This document shows positions 10,770 through 22,418 of a stretch of DNA of 64,000 nt, piece by piece; the first letter of the stretch is position 1; every line of letters begins with the position of its first letter. Under the pieces are notes generated by a model. That model did not search any database. It was not told the origin of the DNA and saw only the letters and a program-made list of their open reading frames with translations. A program made the translations under genes and the position numbers. Origin of the DNA: Planktothrix sp. GU0601_MAG3 (GTDB taxonomy: Bacteria; Cyanobacteriota; Cyanobacteriia; Cyanobacteriales; Microcoleaceae); NCBI GenBank assembly GCA_035193785.1, contig CP136572.1, positions 5,012,578-5,076,577 of the forward strand. The letters are read 5' to 3'.

Positions 10770-12102
10770 CTAAATATCTTGAACAATCCGAAAACCAGCG
10801 TGTTGATAGAAATTGGGACGGAAACCAATTGCGGTAATATTTTAAGGCTTCCGTGCCGTTTGTTATCCAACATCCCCCTAACATCATTTGATGTTCACTA
10901 TCAAAAAAGATGGCGGAATTGTCTTCATAAAGAAAATGAGGTTCATATCCTGAAAGGGGGTTTAAATTGTCACTCAACCATTCCCAAACATTCCCCCGCA
11001 AATCATAAAGTCCAGAGTAACTTTTGGCGGTTTCTAACATTCCCACGGGACTCGGCGAACCAAATTTAAAATTCAGATTATAATGGTCTACATCTTCTAC
11101 CAAACCATTCCCATAGGTTGCTACATTGTACTCAGCTTCACTCATTAAACGAGTATCTTTACCTTGCCAACGACAATAAGCCATTGCTTCATAATAATTG
11201 ACTTCCACAGGCCAATCTAAGGGTAAATCCATTTCATCAAACTGGGCGCGATATTTGTAACTGCTATTTTCCGAGCGCCAAAATTTGGGATGTTGGATAT
11301 TATTTTCGGTTTTCCATTGCCAAGATTTTTTATCCCAATATTCCTGATTTTCATAGCCACCCGCCTTAACAAAATCCAGAAATTCGCTATTAGTAATTAG
11401 ATATTTACTAGCTAAAAAAGGAGCAACTTCAACGGTGCGTGACCCATAATCAATATCCCAACCATAGGTGGAATCATCAAAATCTTTACCAAGTTGGGCA
11501 ATTCCCCCGGCAACTTCGAGCATTTCATTCTCTGGAATATAACTTTTAGAAGGGGCATATTTCCAGTTTGAGGGGCGTTTGACTCGCTCTAGGGGCAACT
11601 GGCGAAATAACATCGAAGACGTCTCGACATGAATGCGCTGGTGCTCAATTCCCATGATTAATGCCCACAGGGGATGATTGGGAAGAATCGGCAGAGTAAT
11701 CGGCGTTTTTTGAATGAATTCTGATAGGATTTGATAGGCTTGTTCTCGATATTGCCAAGCCGAGGCAACGTCCGGCCATTGCAGGTGGGCGATCGCTTGA
11801 TTCAATTCTGCGGGGGTTTCGGGATCAACCCCAATTTCAAACAGAATTTCATATTGGGGATGAAGGGGTTTTTCTAATAGTCCAACACGAATTAATTTAT
11901 TAACATAAAAAACAGCCGAATGTCCTAGGTAAAAAATTAGTGGATTTCTCAGAGCATCAGGATTTAGATAAAAAGTATCTTCCCCAACTAAACTTTTTAG
12001 GAGCAGATCTTCGAGTTGCCAAGCATCCTGAAAATAATTGAGCAGGGTTTGGCGATCGCAACAATTAAGTTTGGGAGGACAATTAGATACAAGAGTGTTC
12101 AT
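10770..12102 (-). CDS. ovoA: OvoA-type sulfoxide synthase (DinB_2 + FGE-sulfatase), no C-terminal methyltransferase (frameshift near C-terminus)
   Basis: PLIFYLGHSAVFYVNKL, iron motif EHQRIHVET (HxxxHxE), GNVWEW; corrected end RNWFRPNFYQHAGFRIVQDI*. Confidence 0.85.
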
Positions 12103-12189
12103 AATTATAGTTAATGGAAATGGGGGTTTTCTCAGCATCAAACCCGATTTTTTGAAGTTTTATGTCTCAATTTGATTAACATAATCGTT

Positions 12190-13165
12190 TCAAACTTGAC
12201 AAAGCATTAACCCAAACCATTCTTGAGGATCTGTCCAAATTTTGACGGTTTTGAGGTGTTTGGACTGGAGTTGTTTTTGCAGATTTGCCAAATCAAACTT
12301 GCGAGAAATTTCAGTTAAAATAGATTCTCCCTGGGTAAAGAAAACCTTTAAATCTAAAATTTCTAGGGATACCCAATGACTTTTTTGACAATGCAGATAC
12401 ATTTCGATTTGAGTATCTACCTGATTATAAATTGCTTGATGGCGGAATAAATTTAGGTCAAAATTGCCTTGAAAACGCCAATTCAAATGGGAAAGCATAT
12501 TCAAGTTAAAAGCCGCAGTGACTCCCTGGCTATCGTTATAGGCTGGCTCTAATATTTCTTTGGGTTTTTGTAAATCAATTCCCAAAAGAAAGTAATCCCC
12601 TGGTTGTAATGTTTTGGCAATTTGACTTAAGAAAATATCAGATTCTATGGAATTAAAATTGCCCATGGAAACTACCCAAGAAAAAAATCATCCGCGACGA
12701 TGCTGGGGTTGATTCTAGCTTCACCAAGGCTTGTTCGTAGGTTCCAATTAATCCCTCAATTGAGAAAGTCGGATATTTTTCTTGTAGCTTGATAACGGTA
12801 GATTTGAGTATGCCACCACTAACATCAATGGGTATATATTTAGAGCTAGGGGCAATTTTTTGATAAGCATCTAATAGAAACAGAGTTTTTGTAGAACTGC
12901 CACTTCCTAATTCTACCAGTTCACAAGCCCCTGTAATCTGAGCAATTTCATCGGCGTATTGGCTCAAAATCCAGGCTTCGGTTCGAGTTGGGTAATATTC
13001 GGGTAACTCACAAATTTGTTCAAATAAATTTGATCCGTGATCGTCGTAAAAGTATTTGGGGGGTAAATATTTGAATTCATTAGTTAATCCTTGAATAACA
13101 TCTTCACCTTCCCGGTTTAGATGTTGATTAGATTTATCGACACTTTGCAAAATAGTCGTTAACAT
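12190..13165 (-). CDS. egtD: L-histidine N-alpha-methyltransferase EgtD (frameshift near 12665)
   Basis: LPPKYFYDDHGS..LPEYYPTRTE, ELGSGSSTKT, AYNDSQGVTAAFNLN, TEISRKF. Confidence 0.92.
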
Positions 13166-13290
13166 GATGCTCTTTTTTTGTGAGGTCAATATTTCGATAG
13201 GGAAATGATCTCATGCTTAAAATCCCTTGTCAATATTTATCTGGGAAAACTTTACATTGATCAACAATATAAGGGCTGAATGATCATACA

Positions 13291-13342
13291 AAATTCTGTA
13301 GGCTTGGGTTAATATATTGCTTAACCCAAGTCTACAGAATTT
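13291..13342. repeat. REP-like long palindrome
   Basis: AAATTCTGTAGGCTTGGGTTAA / TTAACCCAAGTCTACAGAATTT, 22-bp arms with one mismatch. Confidence 0.75.
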
Positions 13343-13636
13343 GTGTTGAGTTTTATTCTAGGAGAATTGCTGGATTTAATTATTAGTAGCTTTCTGACTT
13401 TGTTTATATTTTTCCGGATTGATGTTTTTTAGGGTATTTAAAAATTGTTCCATGACCTGTTTTCTCTCTGGTATAGTTAATAGATATTTGCCCAATATTC
13501 TTTAGACAATCATCCTAGTGCCTTCCTGATCGTGAAATTTAGCATGATTAGAGGGAAGATTGGCGGATGACAAAAAAATTAACAATGCTTTGCTTCCGCA
13601 AAATTACTAGCTTGTGGTTGCAGCTTTTAAAGAAGT

Positions 13637-13728
13637 CAGGACTTACGCAAAACAACCATATCTAGTAGGGGAGAACGGCCGTTCACCCCTATAGATGGTG
13701 TATAATTGGGTATTCTGCGTAAGTCCTG
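13637..13728. mobile_element. 92-bp MITE with 13-bp TIRs and 5-bp target-site duplication
   Basis: CAGGACTTACGCA (13637-13649) and TGCGTAAGTCCTG (13716-13728), flanked on both sides by GAAGT. Confidence 0.85.
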
Positions 13729-13820
13729 GAAGTGCTAAAGCACAACCACAAACCGTACATATCAAATCAATAAAAAACAACCCCGGATAGGGGTTGCTGA
13801 TCACCTAAAATCTGGTTAAT

Positions 13821-15659
13821 TTACAATTTAGTGCCACACTCAGGACAGAAATTATTACTGCCCACATTTTTCGCGCCACAATTGTTGCAATAAACTAACT
13901 CAATGGTTTCTAAATTCGTCCGTTCGGGTAAACCAATCATTTGAGCATTGCTCTTACCCGGGGCGACCATCGGATAGCAGTTTTCATCCCGTTTCACCTG
14001 CACATCCATTAATACCGGGCCCTCAAAGGCCAACATTTCGGCGATCGCATCCTTCAAATCCTCCCGGCGGGTGACTTGCATCCCCTTGACCCCGTAGGCC
14101 TGGGCTAACATTACAAAGTCAGGCATCCCCGCTTGCATATTAGAAGAAGAATAGCGCTCGCCATAGAAGGTTTCTTGCCACTGACGCACCATGCCTTGCC
14201 AACCATTATTGACAATCACGGTTTTTACATTAATCCCATATTCAGCCAGAGTCCCTAACTCCTGAATATTCATCTGAATACTGGCATCCCCGGCTACACA
14301 AATCACCTGTTCGTGGGGGAGGGCCGTTTTTGCCCCCATGGCTGCGGGCATCCCATAACCCATTGTCCCTAACCCGGCGCTGGAAATCCATTGTCGCGGG
14401 CCATTTTTCAGGAATTGAGCGGCCCACATTTGATGTTGTCCCACATCCGTTGTGAAATAAGCATCGGGAGCCATTTTCCCCAAAGTATCGATCACCTCTT
14501 GGGGGGATAGGGAATCCTGATAAATCGGGACAACCAGGGGATAATCTTCCCGCCAGCGTTGAATCCGTTGTAACCATTCGGCAGTTTTTTGCTGGGTTTC
14601 CGTTGCTTCGACCGCTTCCTGACATCGGCGCAATAAATCCACCAACACCTGTCTAACATCCCCAACAATAGGAACTTCCGGGGCGCGATTTTTCCCGACT
14701 TCCGCCGGATCAATATCAATATGGATCACCTTGGCCCGGGCGGCAAATTCATCGAGTTTCCCCGTCACCCGGTCATCAAAGCGAGCACCCACGGCAATCA
14801 ATAAATCGCATTCCGTCACCGCAAAATTAGCATAGGCAGTGCCGTGCATTCCCAACATTCCCACCGATAGGGGATGGGTTTCACTAAACACTCCCTTACC
14901 CATCAGGGTTGTGGTCACGGGGAGATTAAATAGTTCGGCTAATTCTTTGATTTCTCTATGGGCACCCGCGGCAATCGCCCCGCCCCCAACATAGAGCAAC
15001 GGTTTTTCGGCTTGCCGAATTAATTTAATGGCTTGATTAATTTGGCGAGTATTTCCTTTTACCGTTGGCCGATATCCGGGTAAGGTGACTTCCCCAGGAT
15101 TAACGGGAACATAATCAAATTCTTCTAAACCTACATCTTTAGGAATATCAACTAATACCGGGCCAGGACGTCCACTACTGGCAAGATGGAAAGCCTCAGC
15201 GATAATTCGAGCCATCTCCTTCGGGTCACGCACCACATAGGAGTGTTTGACAATCGGCAAGGTGATCCCATAGATGTCCGTTTCCTGGAAGGCATCCGTC
15301 CCAATGGCCGACCGGGGAACCTGTCCGGTAATCACCACCATCGGAATCGAGTCCATTTGGGCCGTGGCAATCCCCGTAACTAAGTTAGTGGCTCCGGGGC
15401 CAGAAGTCCCAAAACAGACCCCTACATGGCCCGTTGCCCGGGCATAACCATCGGCGGCATGGGCGGCACCTTGTTCATGACGCACCAGGATATGTTTTAA
15501 ATCCCCTGCGGCTTCAAAGCGGTAGAGTTCATCATAAATGGGCAAAATCGCCCCACCGGGATAACCGAAAATGTGTTTGACGCCATGGCGTTTCAAACTG
15601 TCCATCAATGCGTAAGCGCCCGTTGCTCGCTTTGCAGCTATTTTAGTTTTTAGTTGCAC
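13821..15659 (-). CDS. ilvB: Biosynthetic acetolactate synthase large subunit with C-terminal zinc ribbon
   Basis: [41 protein letters not shown] ThDP motif; tail CNNC...CPEC. Confidence 0.95.
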   Translation of the reverse strand: MQLKTKIAAKRATGAYALMDSLKRHGVKHIFGYPGGAILPIYDELYRFEAAGDLKHILVRHEQGAAHAADGYARATGHVGVCFGTSGPGATNLVTGIATAQMDSIPMVVITGQVPRSAIGTDAFQETDIYGITLPIVKHSYVVRDPKEMARIIAEAFHLASSGRPGPVLVDIPKDVGLEEFDYVPVNPGEVTLPGYRPTVKGNTRQINQAIKLIRQAEKPLLYVGGGAIAAGAHREIKELAELFNLPVTTTLMGKGVFSETHPLSVGMLGMHGTAYANFAVTECDLLIAVGARFDDRVTGKLDEFAARAKVIHIDIDPAEVGKNRAPEVPIVGDVRQVLVDLLRRCQEAVEATETQQKTAEWLQRIQRWREDYPLVVPIYQDSLSPQEVIDTLGKMAPDAYFTTDVGQHQMWAAQFLKNGPRQWISSAGLGTMGYGMPAAMGAKTALPHEQVICVAGDASIQMNIQELGTLAEYGINVKTVIVNNGWQGMVRQWQETFYGERYSSSNMQAGMPDFVMLAQAYGVKGMQVTRREDLKDAIAEMLAFEGPVLMDVQVKRDENCYPMVAPGKSNAQMIGLPERTNLETIELVYCNNCGAKNVGSNNFCPECGTKL

Positions 15660-16124
15660 AGTAATTCCTCGAACTGTGTTTGAGTTGACTGGGGGTGGGT
15701 TTTAAAATTAGCGTGCAGCACGCTAAAATTTTTCCTGAGCCGTGAACCGTGAGCCAGTAGACCGTTCAACTCAGGGCTCACGGGTCGAACGGTCGAAGGG
15801 TTGATTAACCCGCCCTGCGATAGTTTTTTTTATTCTAAAAGTTACTAAGCTCTCAGGTCGGAGAGACTGCAACTTTTAACAAGACTTTACAATATCAGTG
15901 AAGTTGTTAAGGATGTTGGGATTTTTTAGGGAGATCAGATAGATTTTCAAGGGAGTCCGTCTATCGATTCTTAAACCATTATCTTAACTTTCCAAAGTAT
16001 GGTAGAATCTCTGATGGATTTGGGGTATGTTCGGCGGCTTTTCCCTTGTTCTCTAGTTTGATTAGATCATATTGAGATCAAGATGTTAAGCTCAGTCAAC
16101 CCTGATTCCATTTAGGGGATAAAT

Positions 16125-16140
16125 TGTAGCATATTTTACA
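16125..16140 (+). promoter_or_regulatory. NtcA-binding site upstream of glnB
   Basis: TGTA-GCATATTT-TACA is a canonical GTA-N8-TAC; candidate -10 TAGAAT at 16173. Confidence 0.8.
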
Positions 16141-16212
16141 AATAATTGTTTCTTGGCGATGATATCAAGGGATAGAATGCTAAGTGACGACTACGAGAAA
16201 TATTTAACTTGA

Positions 16213-16564
<352 letters not shown>

Positions 16565-16694
16565 GTTTTTTTTTCCATTCGGGGATACGGCATTGTCGTA
16601 TCCCTTTTTTATTTTTAATCGGTTGACAAATTCTGTCCGCGCCGCAAGCCCACCCCTTCAGGGGTCGGGATAGGCGCTGCGACTTTAGGCGCAT

Positions 16695-16895
16695 TCAAGT
16701 ATTTTGGTTTTCAATATATTTTTTCACAGTTTCCTCAGAAGCGTTACCGACTGTACCACAAAAATAGCTTCTAGTCCAAAGAGAAGGAATTTTTTTAGGT
16801 GCGGATATTCCTTTCTAAGTTGAAATGAAGTAAACCCTTTAAGTCTAAACATAATCTGGTCTGGAGCCAAATTAGAATGATACGATACAATAACT
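16695..16895 (-). pseudogene. tnpA: IS200-type Y1 transposase TnpA, C-terminal remnant
   Basis: Manual translation IVSYHSNLAPDQIMFRLKGFTSFQLRKEYPHLKK/PSLWTRSYFCGTVGNASEETVKKYIENQNT*; HUH-containing N-half absent. Confidence 0.85.
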
Positions 16896-16912
16896 TTAGG
16901 AGGTGATAGAAA

Positions 16913-18158
16913 TTGATTTTGAGTTACAAGTACAAGTTACGCCCTAACAATCAACAGTCCCAAAAATTGTCGGGATGGCTTGATATGCTTAGGGCGACTT
17001 ATAACTGGTGTTTGCGCGACCGGATTGAACGAATCTTTTAATAAGTTTTTTAAGGGTGCTGGGTTCCCCAAGTTTAAACGCCGTCACGATTTTAAATCCT
17101 TTAGTTACAAACCAGGAAGAATCAAAATCAAAGGTAATAAAATCTATTTACCTAAAATCGGATGGATGCGTTTTTATAACTCGCGTCCTATTGCCGATGG
17201 ATTTGAAATCAAGACGGTTACAGTTAGACAGAAAGCCGATAGTTGGTACGTTTCGGTTAGGATTGAAAACAAGACAGTGCCAGATTTTCCAGTCATTCCA
17301 GACAGTGAAATTAAAACCATTATCGGCTGCGATATGGGATTAGGAAAACTGGCTTATTTATCAGATGGTAGTGTGATTGAAAACCCCCGTTTTACTACTA
17401 ATAAAAAAACCAAGCGTTTAATAAAAATTAGACAAAGGCGGGTTAGTCGTAAACAAAAGAGAAGCAAAAATCGTAGTAAAGCTCAACTCAAAGTGAGTCA
17501 ATTACATAACAGGATTCAACAGCAACGAGAATCTTATCAATGGGATGTGGCCAATCAAATTGTCAGAAAAGCTGATGCTGTTGCTGTTGAAGATTTGGAA
17601 GTTAAAAACATGATGAAACGGTGCAAACCTGTTAAGTCTGAATCTGGTAGATTTTTGTCTAACGGTCAATCAGCTAAACGGGGATTGAATCGTTCTATTG
17701 CTGATGCAAGTTGGTATAGTTTAACTCAAAAACTTGAATATTTGGCTGCGAAGTCAGGCAAGAAATTGTATAAAGTTAACCCAAAATATACCAGTCAAAC
17801 TTGTAGTAAATGTAAGCATATCGATAAAAATAGTCGCAATGGTGAAAAGTTTATTTGTACTAATTGCGGACATATTGATGATGCTAATTTACAAGCTGCC
17901 AGGAATGTAAAAACTAAGGCAATAGAAACCTACGGGTTAAATATTGTCAAAATGATTAAATCGAAAAAGGTACGGCGGGACTCGTCGAAACCAGTACAAA
18001 CGACTCTTTTTTATGTCGAAATGTATGAACGCTCGTCAGATAATACGCTGCCCCAAAAAGCCTGCACTGAGCCAGGTCAAAGTGGCAAACGGCGTGTGGG
18101 CGAGAAACCCAGAGTACAAGCAATTGTCTCTCTGGGATATTTAGGGCGAAATTCCTAA
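16913..18158 (+). pseudogene. tnpB: RNA-guided endonuclease TnpB with internal deletion/frameshift near 17030 and RuvC-III D->N
   Basis: AGGAGG RBS then MILSYKYKLRPNNQQ...TYNWCLRDRIE; jumps out of frame to LNESFNKFFKGAGFPKFK; GCDMG, VEDL, CSKC..CTNC zinc finger. Confidence 0.88.
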
Positions 18159-18509
18159 AGAATCCCATCCCCGACCGGGGTGGGAGTGTCAATCCCATTT
18201 GTTATTCGTTGGGTCATCAATTCTTCAGCAGACCAACCATCGCCCACCGGGGTCTAAATTAACTGTTATAGATAATTATAGGTAATTGGTTTTTTGGGTG
18301 ACGCACCATTCACCCCGACACCAACATTCCCTATGGTGCGGGTCTTCTTTCTCTCATTTTTGACAAAGTTTTTGAGGTCATTAACTCTCAATGAGTGACC
18401 TCAAACGCTTTAGTTTTACCTTAATCCAAGAATTTTCCCTGTAGCTTTTTGAGAAAAATTCCCCCATAGTTATACTTTCACTGAATTTGAAACTATCGGA
18501 ATATGGGGG

Positions 18510-18740
18510 TTAAGCCGAAGCATCTCCAGATAGGCGGGCTTCTGCCATATCTCGAATTAAGGCAATCCGAGAGCAGATATAATCCTTTAAGAGATCAGCT
18601 TCTTTGGCGTTAATGCCGGCTTGTTTTTTGAACTGTTTGACTAAACACTGGACAAGACTGGCATCATCAAGATCAACTAAAGTGGATGCTTGAGTTGTTT
18701 CTACCAGTGACCAAAGTTGACGAAGCATTGTAGGAGTCAT
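18510..18740 (-). CDS. Conserved cyanobacterial hypothetical protein
   Basis: MTPTMLRQLWSLVETTQ...LDDASLVQ...RIALIRDMAE; GGAG RBS. Confidence 0.75.
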   Translation of the reverse strand: MTPTMLRQLWSLVETTQASTLVDLDDASLVQCLVKQFKKQAGINAKEADLLKDYICSRIALIRDMAEARLSGDASA

Positions 18741-18956
18741 AAAATCTCCGATGGATGCAGTTTTGTCGGTTCCGATACAGAAAATAACAGTGTTTTTCTG
18801 AGTGACTTAGAAAGTTTCTTTGCCATTTAGAAAAAGGCTTAATACTTTCTTCAAATTTCAAGAATAACCGAGTTTTATCAAATTGCAAGCAAAAATATAC
18901 AAGATGTCACAACAGCTACAACTCTCTTAATCCTTTGCATTAAATCTTGACAAATG

Positions 18957-19100
18957 CCCCCCACTCCCCCTACCTCCCCGACTCCTCCTAACTCCCCCTA
19001 CCTCCCCTGCTCCTGCTCCCCCTACCTCCCCTGCTCCTGCTCCCCCTGCTCCCCCTGCTCCCCCTGCTCCCCCTGCTCCCCTACTCCCCTACTCCCCTAC
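18957..19100. repeat. C-rich 9-mer tandem repeat (CTCCCCCT[G/A])n
   Basis: Roughly 15 degenerate units; same family at 1055-1088, 1234-1276 and, reversed, 56823-56971. Confidence 0.85.
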
Positions 19101-19639
19101 TTAACCGATTCCGAGGGAATTCCAATCCGTTTGCGTAGGGATTGAGCCCGATATTTGGCGGTTTGATTATCGGGATCATTTTTTAAAGTTTCTTCGTAGG
19201 CTTCTAAGGCTTGGGCCGTTAACTTTTTCTTTTCATAGGCATAACCCAAATTATTAGAAGCTGTGGGGTAAATGGGAGTTAATTTTAAGGCTTCTTTATA
19301 TTGACGAATGGCAATATCATATTGTTCTTTAGCTAGATGGGCATATCCTAGGGCGTTATAAATCATGGCTAGGTTTTCTGGAGCTTCATCTTCCCCAGCT
19401 TTTAAGGCTTTTTGTAATACGGTAACAGCTTGAGAGTAAAGTTTTTTATCGTTATAAATACTGCCTAATTCATAGTATTCCTGTGCATTTCCCTGTTCCT
19501 TTGATAACTTATTTTGTAGATCGAAAAGGGTGCTTTCTATCCGACGAGTTTTAATAATTTGACGAACCACAAAAACAATAGCGGCTGCGAGCAACCCCAC
19601 TAACAGTAATAAATAGGCGATGGGAAGGTTCTTATCCAT
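19097..19639 (-). CDS. ycf37: TPR protein, Ycf37-like photosystem I assembly factor
   Basis: N-terminal TM plus three TPRs; located directly downstream of rplT. Confidence 0.75.
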   Translation of the reverse strand: MDKNLPIAYLLLLVGLLAAAIVFVVRQIIKTRRIESTLFDLQNKLSKEQGNAQEYYELGSIYNDKKLYSQAVTVLQKALKAGEDEAPENLAMIYNALGYAHLAKEQYDIAIRQYKEALKLTPIYPTASNNLGYAYEKKKLTAQALEAYEETLKNDPDNQTAKYRAQSLRKRIGIPSESVK

Positions 19640-19765
19640 AATTAAAAAAAGTGAAAATTTAATTCAATACAAAGGCGAAGGACAGATTAAATCCGATCCT
19701 TCACCTGAGCCGACAATCGGCAATTTTGTCTATTCAGTTTAACAGGCGGTTTTAATTGGTTAAAA

Positions 19766-20122
19766 CTACTTGTTGGCACTCTTAGCAAGATCAACGACTT
19801 TCCCAAAGGTTTGAGGATCTAAAACAGCAAGTTGGGCTAACATTTTACGGTTCAGTAAGATATCGGCTTTTTTCATATTACCAACTAACTGACTATAGCT
19901 AATTCCGTTAATCCGAGCCGCGGCATTAATCCGAGTAATCCACAACCGTCTAAAATCCCGTTTGCGGTTACGACGATCACGATAGGCATTTTTCAACGCC
20001 TGCATGACTCTCTGATTCGCGGTGCGGAAGTTAGTTGACTGACAACCCCGGAATCCTTTGGCAAGTTTCAGGACTTTTTTGCGGCGTTTGCGAGCCACAT
20101 TACCGCGCTTAACTCTGGTCAT
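19766..20122 (-). CDS. rplT: 50S ribosomal protein L20
   Basis: [26 protein letters not shown]...[13 protein letters not shown]. Confidence 0.98.
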   Translation of the reverse strand: MTRVKRGNVARKRRKKVLKLAKGFRGCQSTNFRTANQRVMQALKNAYRDRRNRKRDFRRLWITRINAAARINGISYSQLVGNMKKADILLNRKMLAQLAVLDPQTFGKVVDLAKSANK

Positions 20123-20159
20123 TTACGTTTGTTTCCTTTAATAAAATTCGTTTAGAGGC

Positions 20160-20357
20160 TTACAAATAGGGCAGCATCAAACGCACGTTGTCTGTTTGAG
20201 TCTCACTCACCAGCGCCATCTTAGACAGATTCCGTTTGCGAGCAGAGCTTTTATGCTGTAACAGGTGGCTTTTGTAAGCTTTACGACGCGCAATTTTTCC
20301 ACTGCCAGTGACTTTGAATCGTCTGGCTGCGGATTTACGAGTTTTGAGTTTGGGCAT
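20160..20357 (-). CDS. rpmI: 50S ribosomal protein L35
   Basis: [21 protein letters not shown]. Confidence 0.98.
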   Translation of the reverse strand: MPKLKTRKSAARRFKVTGSGKIARRKAYKSHLLQHKSSARKRNLSKMALVSETQTDNVRLMLPYL

Positions 20358-20426
20358 GGATTCGCCTAAATTCGACACAGCCTACAATTGTATCATAGGA
20401 GTTGATATTCTCACAAGTCTTGAGCT

Positions 20427-20861
20427 TTAGAGTTTGGGGTTGGGTTTCTGGTGTGCAACTTCCACAACGGTATGCACATTCCCTCGGGGGTTAAAATCTC
20501 CTTTAATTCGGACTTCTAGGGGATCGGCAGCGGCGACAAAATCATCTAAAATTTGGTTAATGGATTCTTCGTGGGAAATATAGCGATCGCGGTAACTGTT
20601 AATATACAGTTTGATCGATTTTAATTCCACCACCCGCTCATTTGGAACATAGTTTAAATAAATCGTAGCAAAATCAGGATACCCGGAAAAAGGACATTTA
20701 CAGGTAAATTCGGGTAAGGTAATCTCAACCTGATAGTGACGACCGATTCTGGGATTAGGAAAGGTAATCAATTGACCTTCCTCGATTTCCCGTTCACCAT
20801 ACTTTGATGCTTCTGGGCTGGCGGTAGGAACTTCCGTGGGTTCTGTGTAAGAGTGACTCAT
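20427..20861 (-). CDS. queF: NADPH-dependent preQ0 reductase
   Basis: PEFTCKCPFSGYPDFA, VELKSIKLY, SHEE, PRGN motifs. Confidence 0.95.
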   Translation of the reverse strand: MSHSYTEPTEVPTASPEASKYGEREIEEGQLITFPNPRIGRHYQVEITLPEFTCKCPFSGYPDFATIYLNYVPNERVVELKSIKLYINSYRDRYISHEESINQILDDFVAAADPLEVRIKGDFNPRGNVHTVVEVAHQKPNPKL

Positions 20862-21015
20862 GGTTAGAATTTAGCAGCAACTCTTTCAAGTGTAGTGATG
20901 GAAGGGTTAATTTTTCTGTAATTGCCGGAAAAAATTCGTTTAAATCGTTCTAATCACAGGTATTGTAAAACATAATAAGTTTCTAATAAAATGTTCACCC
21001 TCAATTAAAAGTCCT

Positions 21016-21628
21016 ATGCAAAATGCTGACGCCTCTAGCCCTAATCCGTCAGTGGCATCGAGTAACTACTCTCCATCTATTCCCATTTCTATCTATCGGG
21101 AAGTTACGGCGGAGTTGCAAACGGTTTCAATCTCAACTGCAAACGCTCAAAACCCAAAATCAACAGCTAACCCAGCAGAATCAACAACTTAGGCAAGAAT
21201 TAGAAAACGTTGTGCAATCTGCCATTGGGTTGCACCAGGCTATTAATAAAGCTCAAAGTATCGGTCAGGGGAAAAAATCTCAATTTTCATCTCCAGGAGC
21301 GAGTTCTTTTACCCTGGAAATTCCGAGCAATCTCGGCGCGACTTCAACAAATCCCCCCATGCTAGAAATTGCACCGCAGATTACACCAGAAACCAGGGGA
21401 AATCAACCCAGTTTTCCCTTTTCTCAGCCACCCCAACAACCGTTAAATACAGAGGTAGCTCAACCATTATTTACAGAACCAACGGAGGCTCGGTTACGTC
21501 CGATGTCTAAATCGCAGCGTTCTGAATTGAGCGGGTTTTGGTTGATTGTCTCGATTGTTGTAATTGTGGTGGTTGCCTTCGGTGCGGGTTATTGGATTGT
21601 TCGTCCTCTATTAAACCAACAGCGCTAG
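21016..21628 (+). CDS. Conserved cyanobacterial coiled-coil protein with C-terminal TM (frameshift near 21120)
   Basis: MQNADASS...YSPSIPISIYREVTAELQ joins Q-rich coiled coil and C-terminal hydrophobic helix. Confidence 0.7.
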
Positions 21629-21897
21629 TTTGATTTCTATAAAAATAATGGCGGAAGGAAAACCCTCCGCCAATAATGTTTTTGAAGTCGTGAGTATTAA
21701 CACAACTTTCAAGAATTTAGTCACTTTATTGAGTGACTGTAATATAGTTTACAGAAGGAAGTTCGACTATGTTAACTCGGTGTTGGTATTAATAGTTTCA
21801 CCATTAAATTTTAGGAAACTATCAATACCAACGAGATGATGAGAAACATAGTCTTTTGTTTCGATTTGACTTGACTCGGATAACCGATGAACGGGTT

Positions 21898-22317
21898 TTA
21901 ACCGCGAGTTCCAGTTTCAACTAAAGTTGCTAAAGATTCTTCGCTGATTGAATCTGGGATCTCAGTCGCTTCGGGTTCATAACCGCGTTTGAATTCTCTC
22001 GATCTTACCTGTTTGGCTTGAAGCGCGGTTTCTAGAAACTTAATGGCTCGCTGAGGATTGCCTGCTCCACAAAAGAATAAGTCAGCAGCGAAATAGCCTA
22101 ATTCTGGCCAAGTGTGAATAGCAATGTGAGACTCAGCCAAAGTGGCTGTTGCAGTTACTCCGTGAGGACTAAACTGGTGTACACATAAGTCGATGAGGGT
22201 AGCCCCCCCAGCAGAAATTGCATCAAGCATCGCGCGACGGATGCGTTCGGGATCGTTCAGAAGTTCTGCAGGACACTGCCAAGCGTCAACGACCAGATGG
22301 GTTCCCAATTGTTTCAT
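21898..22317 (-). CDS. speD: S-adenosylmethionine decarboxylase proenzyme family
   Basis: LGTHL, FSPHGVT, LAESHIAIHTWPE self-cleavage motif, DLFFCG. Confidence 0.9.
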   Translation of the reverse strand: MKQLGTHLVVDAWQCPAELLNDPERIRRAMLDAISAGGATLIDLCVHQFSPHGVTATATLAESHIAIHTWPELGYFAADLFFCGAGNPQRAIKFLETALQAKQVRSREFKRGYEPEATEIPDSISEESLATLVETGTRG

Positions 22318-22418
22318 TCTTCGGGTTTTACCTCCACCCTAAAGTGTATCAAACCTTTCAATCCTAACACACATTTTCAGAAATTGTGCAAGAGTTTGAA
22401 CAAAACTGCTCCGAGTTT

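Larger units (their letters stand above)
16628..18192 (+). mobile_element. IS200/IS605-family element (decayed)
   Basis: TTGAC immediately 5'; left hairpin CCCACCCCTTCAGGGGTCGGG; divergent tnpA remnant and tnpB; right hairpin CCCATCCCCGACCGGGGTGGG ending GAGTGTCAA. Confidence 0.9.

Noticed and set aside
13375..13600. Possible gene remnant on the minus strand (..RILGKYLLTIPERKQVMEQFLNTLK..)
   Set aside because: Interrupted by a stop and no family recognised.
16913..18158. Cas12f / type V CRISPR effector
   Set aside because: Flanked by IS605 ends and a tnpA remnant, with no CRISPR array or cas1/cas2.
18295..18510. Several hairpins suggesting an ncRNA
   Set aside because: No recognisable RNA family; compatible with terminators or repeat remnants.
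18954..19145. Pro/Cys-rich 63-aa ORF (PCSPCS..) resembling a metallothionein or RiPP precursor
   Set aside because: It is the 9-mer DNA repeat family also seen at 1055 and 56823; no RBS or modifying enzymes nearby.
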